Origin: Mytilus californianus
Lineage: Eukaryota
Direction of reading: 5' to 3'
DNA length: 64,000 nucleotides
Assembly: GCF_021869535.1 (NCBI RefSeq)
Contig: NW_026262745.1
Span: 20,460,001-20,524,000 of the forward strand
A program made the position numbers and the translations under genes. Numbering within the stretch: position 1 is the first letter of the stretch; each line of letters begins with the position of its first letter. The notes under the pieces were generated by a model, which did no database searches, was not told the DNA's origin, and was given only the letters and a program-made list of their open reading frames with translations. Positions 40,201 to 52,200 of this stretch are shown here, piece after piece.

Positions 40201-43200
40201 GGCAATGCTACTTAAGGAAAAGTGTTTATTAATGAAGTGTACAAAAGTCATAAAAAGGGAAAATTTCGAGATGAGATGTTAACGTTAACATTTCATAGAT
40301 AAAGATATTGTAGTAGCTAATGCTGCTTACAAACCTTACTCTTTTTATACTTTGGTTGATTCTCGTACACTTTTTGCAATAGAAAGTTTATTTCATGTGC
40401 TGATGGTTTTATAGTATACGTATACTGTATCCATATATGATATAGAAATGTCTTGCAACACAAACTTTGAGACCCTTTAATAATCATTGTTTCAAGCTAG
40501 AGAATGGACAGGGTATGATAAGAATTTGTTATGTCTCTATTTTTCTAAATATGTTGAATCCTAAAATCGCTCGATTTAAGTGACAATTCTTATATCACTC
40601 TTTCTTTCATGACGATTTTATTACATCAAGATATGGAACGTCCTAAAATTTCAATATTCCATTTAATTTGCTTGAAATAATCAATTTGAAGGTCGATTTG
40701 CCTAAATTATATATCAGCAAGTCCATGAACCACTATTTTTTTTTCAAATATCGCAAAAAAAAGCCATGGTTTCATAATGTTTTACGTGGTACACAATCTG
40801 GTCCATTCTGTTGAAAAATAACGGATTTTTGCTAGTTTCTGTTCTCTCTACTTTTGGTGACTTTGACCCCTTTTAGAAATGTCATTAACAAGTATTTTAC
40901 ATAATCTCTTGTATTTACCACACCTGGTTTGAAAATTTTGCATATTTCTTTAGATAATAAAATACGGTCATATAACAAGTATTCTAAACCACACATTTTT
41001 CTGTGTACCAGACTCTTATTTGCCCTTGTCCTTTTCCATTGATAGCAAATGAAGTGAACACCTTGTGCGGAACGATAGAAATCACCATATGGTAGAACCA
41101 GTCGTCGATCTGCTATCTGCTATCAAAACATGCATTTAATTATGACATCCCTTTTTCAATTGGAAAGATGAATCTTTTTGTACTTATCAATTAACAAAGG
41201 GTTCGCCCTCAGTGAACTACAATAAGTGTTAACCTGTTAGCGGTACGCATTTCTCTTATATTTATGGGTTAAACAGCACAGGGATCGATAGATCCTCGGA
41301 CTTGTGAGCCTTTGAACGATAAATATAACCTTTCAGTTGTTCCCACCTTAAGCTAAACAAGTATGATTTGGCGAAAAAATGTAATGATGTATCGAATAAC
41401 AGTTTATAACATTTAAAGGTGATCAAAATTTACACGGTATACATTGCAGACTGTCACCATTGAAGATTTGTATTTATCTATTGACGAAGCGAGGCCGAGT
41501 TCTCAGCAGACACTATTAACTAAGTACGAGTATGTGTCTGTTACTGTAAAATACTGGTGTAAAAGAGGAACTTTAATATATTTTGTACAAGCAAAAGGTG
41601 CAAAATATTCACTTAACTTCTGTTTACATGTGGTATTGAATATTTTGTTTACTCACACTGTTTTTTGTTTAATGTTTCCTTTAATCTTAGCATGAAAGAC
41701 AAAGTCACGAACAACTTAAAGGACTAGATATTTACCACGGTATAATACCGTGGTTCGCTCCAATTTTATACATGTAAATAGATATTACATTTTAAATTGA
41801 ATTAGTAGAAGAAATCAGATATAAATTTAAACACTATTTGAGACATTTAGATTTACATATTTGTTGATAATGACAAAGCGAAATAAAAATCGGAACTTAT
41901 CTTTTATTTTGCAATGGTAGGAGATTTCCATCAAAACAAAGATAACGTATCAAACATAATCTCATTTATTTCATGACCTACTGACAAACTAATGAGGAAC
42001 AAGATCGAACTTATATGCTCTTTTACTTTAAAGAATACAAGAGAAAAGAGTAACAACTGGAACAACACATTTTTCTGAAGGTTTCAGCTCTTTGTATGTT
42101 TTTTGTTAACTCCAAAACTACACTTTTTTGTGGGGTATAGTAACCCATTTGATAGATTTTGCAGTATCAACTGCTTATTATGAAGAATGACTGCTTATCA
42201 TTGATGAATATGTACTTATAATGGTCATCGGGTAAAGCTTAAAGATTGGAAGTAAAACTTTAATTGTGTAGAAATAAAACAGGTCTAATTGCTAGGTTTC
42301 TTAACCTCAACATAAAAAGTTAGAAGATACCATGGGGGCAACACAAACTATAAGACGATGACAGACTAATAAAAGACAATTGAAAGTGGCGAATCGAAAA
42401 ATATAAGTCTACAAAACACACAACACTAAGCTAAAGATCGAGGAAAATGAACAGAAGATACACGGTGATGAAATGTAGTGCTCCAAAAGTGTAAAATTCT
42501 GCTTCATTCTTGACACCCGCCGTGTTACTTCGACAAGTTAAAATCTGGTGATAAATTGCATTCGATAATGTAAAAAGTGCAGGACTCTGGCAACTACAAA
42601 TGAATCACATCCATGGTCATCCATGACACAGATATTATATAACAGACAACTATTGAACTGTATATCAGCAAATTGGTCCAATATTGACATATTGAGAACT
42701 GTAGTATTATTGTTCAGTTCAAGATTTACAAAAAAATGATACAACTTCTAGAAATTGAATGTGAAGTTTTTTCTTTGTGAATTATCTGTTTAAATTTTTC
42801 ACACTATTATTTTATGAATTATCAAGATATAGACAGACGAACGTCGTTTAATACAACTTCTCGTATTAATAATCAATTTTAAGTGAACTTTGTAATGTTT
42901 CGAGATATGATATCTAAGTAGGTATTTGAAATTAAAATTTTAATCCACGATTGTATCAATCAACAATTTTTTTATTTGTGTTATCAAAATTACAACTAAT
43001 TTAATCGTCTAATGTAATTCAGAAATTTATACATCATTGAAGAAGGTAAACGCAGGAAAGCACTCCGAACGCACCAAATTAATTAAATATCATTTAGGTA
43101 TCTGCAGTCAGGACTTCGGTGCTGACTTATAGCATACATATAAATTATATGTTGAAAAATTTAGAAATTGTTAAGCAACTTAGGTTCGAACTTTCTCACG

Positions 43201-46200
43201 CAAAGTTGATCAATTCGATGAATCTTTTTACGTCCCTTTTGGATTTATAGCTCCTCATGTATTTTGGTACTTATACATCCTTGGCTTTCAAATATTTTGG
43301 TAATTTTCATAAAAAAACAAACATCGTTTGTTTTGTTGTGTCCTCATAAATTTCAGTTTTGCAACGGCAATGGAACCATTTCGTGATTTATTTTTATTTA
43401 ACTCTCTGTATCGTTTTGTTCTCAGTTTAAATACTAAATCATGGATGGACTGTAAATAGCTCAATATATGACTTGAAAATTATAAAAAATCAAAATGCTT
43501 TAATTTCATCTTTTTTGGAATTTGCTAAAACCCGGCTGTAAAGTCAAGTGTGAAAAACGGAGTCATTAAAAAAGAAATGATTGCCGGGGTACTTTTTTTC
43601 ACAATAACGTTTAGAAGAAAAATATATATAAAAGACTGAGTATTCTTCACAAATCATATTCTGTCACCTTTCTTCCTCTCGAAGACTGTTATACTACTTA
43701 ATTCGAAATGTAAACATACATTACAAATTTAACGAATATCCAAGAACAGGACAGAATATTTGATATTCTCGAAATTTTAAAAAAGAGGAAGAAATTTAAT
43801 CGGGTTAAAGCGTTATAACATATACAAATGTACGACAAAACTCGATTTTTGAGATTGTTTTCCAACTTAACATTCATGTTTATAATGGCCAGTTTTCACT
43901 GTTTATTGTATAATTCGAAATAGAATGAATACCATTAGAGTTAAAGGGGTATCAGACGGATTTATATATGCATATGGTATGATGTAAAAACTCATCAAAG
44001 ATATCAGGCTTATAGTTTGGTACGCTATATGATCATTGATAAACAACAAAATAAAACCATTATAATCATTAAAAGTAATTTGATTCCAATATCGCAAACT
44101 TATTTAAACCATAAATATATAAAGAAAAGGATTTTCATTAAATTTGATCGATAGAAGATCGAAAACACATACATTCGTATATATACACTCTAGTAATTTA
44201 AATTACATAACTTAAATCATATTTATCGAATACAGATCACTTCGTACCTGCTCGTTCAATTGCTACATTTATATCTGTAGCATGTTGATTAAAACTACCA
44301 ACCAAACAATCAGTTGAACTTAATATCAGCATATTCATACATTTCACTGTTACAAAGATGCAGCTTGATATTCTTTACACTGATAAATTAAAATGTCACA
44401 AATCTGTAATGAGGACAATTATTTGACATATTTCATATTATAATTAGAACGGACCAAAAACGTATTATGAGAAACTTAGAGTGACAGAGTACTGAATTGA
44501 AGGACATTTACCGACAAGGAGTATACAGTTTGAAGAATAGAACAAACCAATAACAGATTGTAGGATGATAAACTGTCACATCCCTACTAGAAATTAGAAA
44601 CCCGAACTTGTCGCTAAAAGCCGAGTTACGCATTGCATAGGTTACTGGAGTATTGGGGCACCTGAGATCACACCGATTTTTGGTGGGGTTCATATTGCTC
44701 AGTTTTTAGTTTTCTATGTTGTGTATTGTGTTCTGTTGTTTGTCTTTTGGTGTGTTTTCTTTTTATTTGCCATGGTATTGTCAGTTTGTTTTGGACTAAT
44801 GAGTTCAACTAATCCTTTCGTATCTTTCCTTTCTCATTATCTACCAATCATGCTGGTAATCCGAAAACCCGAAATATGTATCGGATTGAACTTGTATCAT
44901 TATGTATTTTTACAATCGATTGAAAATGCACAAAAATACATATTAAACACAACTATTAGGGATGGGACGTTAATCAAATGAAATGACGAATATTTTGGGA
45001 AATGTAATTTTACCGCTATATAATAGTACTGTTTTTGATAGATATTTTGGTAACTGCGTGTTGGTGTAAAAGGGATTTTTAAATAGAATGCAATAAAAAG
45101 AACAGGATGTGCAAAATATTTGCTTGAATTAACCTTATTTCGTATTAGGGCTGTCGCGCGTTAAACAGTCGTTCATGAACAAATATTTTGAAAGGAGACA
45201 TTTCAAACATAATAATATAACAATTATCAATAGCTGGGAATCGAAAATGTAATGACACTTATATCATTTAAAAGCAACAGTATATTGACATTAAAGGTAT
45301 TAAAATATTATTGGGTTGCATTTAAATGGATAATTAATTCTTCATGACAAATCTATAGAAATTGACAGCATTTAACGAAACTCTTAATGAACAATACTCC
45401 GTGGAGCCCATATCTCTCACCTGTATTAATTTTCGCCAAATAATGGGGTCTTTTATAGCTTACTATTCAGTATGGGTTTTGATCATTCGTGAAAATTTCG
45501 CTGACCTGTACATTTTGATTGGTCTTTGAAGGATAGTTGTCTCACTAAAAATCATACCGCACCTTTGTATTTGAATTTTATTTGAGGTAAAAACGCATGG
45601 AACATATTTGGCTAACTTGGTTTTAATAAAGGCAGTAGTTTTGAAACACTGGACCAGAAAAGCAAAACATCCCATGTAAATGTGAGCGCAAATTTGAGCT
45701 TCAGATTGAGGCCATTTTTAATTGTCAAACAACACAAAAGTAACAGTACTTGTATGGGATTTCGATAGGAACAAATATGAGTTTCATTACCTCAGTAGTT
45801 TTTTAAATAAGATTATCGATGGAAATCGGACCAACGCTCTTTTGGTCCTCTTGTTTACCAGTGCGAAAGCAAAATGAATGCTGACTTTTAAAGGGATTGA
45901 ATGCAAACGAATTTGTCTGCACATTATTTGGTTTATAGTATGAAACATATTGGAAATTGATCTTTAAATTCGTTCCTTGTTTGACCTTTTAACTTTATTG
46001 ATTCGAGCGACACTGGTGAGCCTTTTGTAGACGAAACGCGCGTATGACGTAGAAATCTATAAGTCTAGTATCTTGATGAGTTTTTTACTCATATTCTGTT
46101 TTTCAATCTGAACAACACTTAATTCTTTGTTGTTCAGAAATTTAAAGGAAATGCCATTTCAGTCTTAAAATCCATTTACTGATGAATTTGCCGATTCATT

Positions 46201-49200
46201 GATATAATTAAGATTAAATAATTTAAAACAAAAACCCTGCGTAATCATCTTTCTATCTATGTGCAATAACTTTATGAGGGTAATAAGTTTATTGAATAAA
46301 ATTTTCTCAATTCATTATCCTAATGTGAAAAATGTTAGATTTAATTAAAATATTATTTTTTTTATTAATTCCATACCAATCATTAAAATACCATCTTGAA
46401 CCGTCTCATATAGGTAAACTCCATAGCTATCTGGGAGATGTTTATTTGAAATTTTTGATATCCCTTATTGGATTTATTGTCAATCATTCAACAAAGAACG
46501 ATTTTAATTTGTTTACACATCAAGTGAATAAAATAAAACCACCTCCATATTAATCCAAAATAATTAGCCAAGATTTAGATACAATACTTGATACTCAAAT
46601 CGGATTGTCATTAAATGATCCCAATTCACATTCAACTAAAATTACTTTATTTTTGTGCAAATAAGCTGCAATAATTTATAGTGCATAGGTTCTCGTGAAA
46701 CGTCATCAAAAGACCTATTGGAATGAAATAGCGAACTGAGTGCAGACCTACATCTAGTTCTTATTTCGGTAGAAAGAATCCCCCTCCTAAGTAGACTTTT
46801 CTCTAATTATCACAGTTTCTTGAAGGTAATTGAAAAGGATAGACACGGGTTTGTCAACACTGAGAACATTTAAAGTTAATACACTGAATTATAATTATTT
46901 TGTAGTACAATAGTAAGTTATTATTCATTAAATGTGGGCGGTATTTATATGATATCGCCGTTTGTAATGGCACGGTGGTCACACAGATACTCGGCGCTTC
47001 GTGTATTGACAAGGAAAGGTTAATTGGTCTGTTATGTCTAATGAAACTTTTTAGAATGTCTTTAAGATTCATATACCACTGACTTATTTTCAAGTTTAAA
47101 GTATAATTACAGATTTACAATTAAAACCAGAAAAAAAACAATTACGTTACTTTATTATCCGAGTCCATTTTAAATTATAAACATGTGTTTAGTATTAACT
47201 AATTACATTGACCACAGAAAAGTCAGCGCGAGTGTGACACACAAGTATTCGTATACGCAATTTCAATAGAAATTATCATTCATTGATAAAATATACTGTT
47301 GTATCTACATAAGAAATCTGTTTAAATTCATTAATAAACGCGGAAATGATTGCACATTGTGTTGGAGTCAATGAACAATGCCGATATATCTCAATTAGGA
47401 CAATGTTAATTATTTTTTAATAATTGCAATTGACATTTTTTCATATTGATATTTTCACGTGACCTCGGGTATACATTTCAAGAAGACGATAGTGCGAGAG
47501 CGTGCAAGGAACCAAAAGGACGGGACCAATTACTCAGTAGAACTTACGTCCTAAACAAAGGTTTAAAAGTCAGAGGAAACTGTCATAGACGAGTGATTTT
47601 TAAACTGATATGTAAACACTGTTGAGAAGTTTTCAGTTCAGTTGATTAGATATTTGTAGAAAGAATTCAGAAGACAAATGCTTTATATGTTTTGTCATGC
47701 ACCTGTTAGATTTTTCTTTAAACAATTAATTCATTACAGTACCGTGCTAAAATACCAAAACTAGCCCCTTTATGTCGTCAGAAAATTAAGGATAGAATCA
47801 TATTTTTGGAGTAAGAAAAAGGCTAGTATATTTTGGGGCCCTTTATAGCTTACTGTTCGGTGTGAGCCAAGGCTCCGTGTTGAAGACCGTACGTTGACCT
47901 ATAATGGTTTACTTTTATAAATTTTGACTTGGATGGAGAGCTGTCTCATTGGCACTCATACCACATCTTCTTATATCTAGCATAAGGAAACCTTCTTAAT
48001 TCTGAGTAGTAATAAAATAATTCTACAAATATGTAAAGTATACCTTTCAAATAATATTGTCTTAAAAACTGCTTTCAATTGGATCGCATTGTAATATAAT
48101 TTCAAGTAGTGGATACTAACTGTTTGCTTATAGCACTTGAAAGTAACGTAAATGCAAAATATACAGATGAAATGGTCATAGTAACTTTAGGAATGTTCAT
48201 TGGCCGTACAAGATACACTTTATATGGTGATTTTGATGAAATCACAGCGACATAGTTTGAATACTGCTTTTTTTGTTCTAATTTACATTAAAAAAAAATA
48301 ATTGCTTTCAATGACAAAATCTTCAAATTAAATCCGTTATCTTAGTTATGAAATTATTCCGGGTGAAATATACGAAAACATTTTAAGTATATAAAATTAA
48401 TATTCACGGAATCAGTATTCAAAATATATATTTTTTTTCATATTTGATATTAGAAAGGAATGCTATCAGATTATATTGGTATTTGATTTCAGTAGAAATT
48501 GAAATGTAAATTTGACAATAACCTAGGTAGGTCTCACATTACCAGATGGTTGAGATAACGATAGGCAATACACCAGTCGGGTCGAGCAGTGACATCGCTG
48601 CGTCTTTGCAAAACGTTTTATCACATTCTACCTTCAAGAAATACCGTAAATTACCTTAGTTGTTCAAATTTGATTAATCTATCAACAAAATATTTCTGAA
48701 AGTGTTGTAAATAATGGTATATCTGATGCATAGTTTATGTCTTGGTTCCACATTGAACCACTAAAAGTATTTTTGAAAACTAATACCTGATATGTCGATT
48801 TGATGGATTAATTAACAACCTTTTCCATTAGATAAAAGATTCCGTATTCATTATATTTGTCCCTTAAATAAATACGTTACAAGGATGAAGCGTACTTTAA
48901 TGCCCATAGACGACATTTGCTTAAAAATATCATGTCAAACAAACACACTTAGATAGACATATATATATAGATACTAACCCTGATTTACTGCATCATGTGG
49001 GCTAAAAACAATTGCAGTTGTCCCATTCTCTTTAGACGCCAATTCCTGCTTTTGTTTTAAAAAATTGTTTTGAAAGATCAGTTTGTGGAATTTTACTTTT
49101 TATTTCATAAAAATCTGCGCACAATCTGCATAAAATGCACACAGTGAACAAAGATTTTAGACAAAAACGTTTGAAATATGTGAAATGATTAAACAAATCG

Positions 49201-52200
49201 AAGTTTCTCACTTCCAACGTCCGCTTTTTAAAGACAATTTCACAAAGTTTGAAAGTTCTGTAACTACTTTGCTACGTTTTTCGTCAGTTTAAGAGTCAGT
49301 ATATATATATACATAATGTTACTGGATGGTAAAAACTTGTAATTAGCTATTTGTAAAATAAATGGTATTAGATATAGATCACTACATAAAAACTCAGATA
49401 TAGTATAAGAACCTCTATTTATAGAGACAATGCTTGTGTGTGTTTGTTTACTCTTATAACTAGTTTTACTAATGGTAGTGATATTGGTTTGTAATTGGAG
49501 TGAAGGAGGTAGGATTTTACCAAAATAGTCAATCAGTCCATTTCTCATTAAAACTGACAGATTGGTTTCAATGAATATGTTATGGCAAACATTTACCTTT
49601 ATATACACCAATTATTTATAAGTTTTCTTTTTAGAAGGATTAATTAATGACAACATCTGAAATAAATAAATATGCATACGTTATGATATTGCTTACATTT
49701 TGTCATTGCAGAAGTTCATGCTTTTCTCGAACTTCTTATGACGTCCTCACACTAAAGTCTGAGGAGGTGAAATGATCTGGAAGAACATGGTTTATTGTTA
49801 ATGGAAATTGGTTTTGGATTAGCTTTTACTATCTACTTTGTGTCTTATTCTGTTTGTTATTTGTTGAGTGCTAAGTAACAATCTGACGAGTCAAGCCCTT
49901 TTCGACTTATGTTTATAGTTTGTTGATTTTGTTATACCACTAGCCCAGGTTATGGGTAGGGTTAAAGATATTCAAACGTATGTAAGGCCCAAGTCAGGAA
50001 CCTGTAATACAGTGGTTTTCTGTGGTTGCATGTGACATTTTTGTTTTCGTTCTTTGTTGTATAGTATAAATCATGACATTGTTTGCTCTTTTGAATTGTA
50101 TCCCATTTTGTCAATCCGGGACCTTTTATAGCTTATAATTATTATACGATATGTGATTGCTCGGTAATGTGTATATGTTCACATATTAAGACTTCTTTCT
50201 TTTGTCTGTTGATAATTGTCTTATTGGCAATCATACCATATCTCGTTACTTTTAAATATTTAAAAATCAAAATATTCATCCTGTATGGTATGGAAGATAA
50301 CAGAATGCCTTCCATAAACAGATTGTAAGGATATGAACAATGATAATCGAAATGGCCCAAAGTATTAATATAATTCACATATAAGTATGATTGTTTAGAT
50401 AAATGACTAACGTCGATAATCCTACAATATATTGGAAGATATGTTGTTGAAAATTTCTTTCGTTTCGGGATAATGGTAAACTAAATAAATACTTTTACTG
50501 TTTTTAAATAACTTTGTTTTGAACTTTTACGGTAGCGGAACACACACGACTGTTATTTATGATGTGAGACAGTCTTTTATATCATAGATAAATAAATACC
50601 ATGTTAAAGAAAAAATTTAATTTAAATGAAGCAATAAATATACTGCGGTGTTGTTTGATACGGTCATTCATGTAAATGAAAGTCTCCTTTTTCCAGCTAT
50701 TAATTTGTTCTAAAAGGCATAGCAGGTCATTAACGAGCTGTTTAAATGATTTATGCTAGAATATATTAGATTTTCCTACCCTTATAGTTTTATGTTTATG
50801 CAAATTTGATTAAACGTGTATTTTTTCTGAATCAGTTACCTCATATATATGAATGTAGCAGTTTCTTATTTCTTTAATTTATAAAGAGTTAATTAAAGCT
50901 ATATCTTTTACGAGCATCAGGTGGAAGACTATAAGAATTTTCAAGTGCTACATAATACCCTGTATTGACGAGTTTATCGCTAACGTCATGTTACACGTTT
51001 TTTCTTCAAATTTGTACTCGCTGTTTTGTGCCAAGACTCGCATCAACGGACTGAAGTTGGGAATGTGTAGATAAAACGACTATGAATTGCAAGCATAAAA
51101 AATTTTGTTGACAATTTGTCATTACAAAATATAAAACTGCTTACTTTTTAATCTTTTTAAAAATCATAAATACTAGATAATGTGAGAGATAAGTCAATGT
51201 TATTATACAACCTTGATATGTTTATAAATAATATATCATTCATTATTGATGACCTCTACAAGATTTTAACGAGGAATAAAAATATTAAAAATCCGTTTGT
51301 GTTTCCTTATTACGACTTGGTCTAATGTCTATTAAAACCATATTGGTTCATTTGATAACAATTATTGGGATTAAACTGTAATATTTTTTCAGAAGACTCC
51401 TACGTTAAATGTAAGTGGCCAACACCGCCTGTTCATGGATATATTATAGGCCCAGTGACTGTAGACACTGGATCTATAATTCATATAGCATGTAACCATA
51501 GTTATCATCTGATTGGTGGTAACACTATGCAATGTCAGGCTGTACCAAGTCCTTTTACACATATGGCGTTATGGTTTCATCAAGTTGGGGACATGTATTA
51601 TAGCGATCAACCAAAGTGCATAAGTAAATCAATTTAGAATTTTGGTGATGGTGCTTACAAGTGAATTATGCATGTTTGCTGTTTTTCCAAGTTGTATAAA
51701 ATAGTGCATGTATAAAGAGCAAAAGGGGAAAATTAATTCTTCCTTTTTTTAAATTTCAATTATAACTTCTTAACTGGATAGAATAATGTGTGTACTTGTC
51801 ATGTTTATTAAAGCCAAGTGACAAAAGTTTGTGTTACTACGTATTTTTTTATGACGAAAGAAGTGGTTATGCGCAATTTGAACGTTCCTCTTACTTAAAA
51901 GCTTTTACAATTATTCATTTGTACCTTTGACACATTTAAGATTAACATTTTATAGTTACTTTCGTTTTCTTATTTTTGTTAGCTGGTATGTCAGTATACA
52001 TCATTCCATGCATGTTTGTGAACAGCTATGGTTATCTTACATTGTTTCTTTCTCTGTCGCATTATTTTCCTTTTGCTTTATGTACGTTTTCTTAAGTATT
52101 AAATGATTTTGCATACGATTTTGTTGTAGTTTAGAGTAAATGAATATCTACAGCTGAAAAGAACATTGAAAGTTTACAATTTTGTAAAGAATATGTTCTT

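Noticed and set aside
40990-41240. Possible second decayed Ig exon (+) or nested exon (-)
   Set aside because: Both readings are weak; the D-x-G-x-Y-x-C motif is not recoverable.
46332-46670. Semi-open frame resembling a LINE endonuclease remnant
   Set aside because: Only vague similarity (LGDV); no diagnostic motif set.
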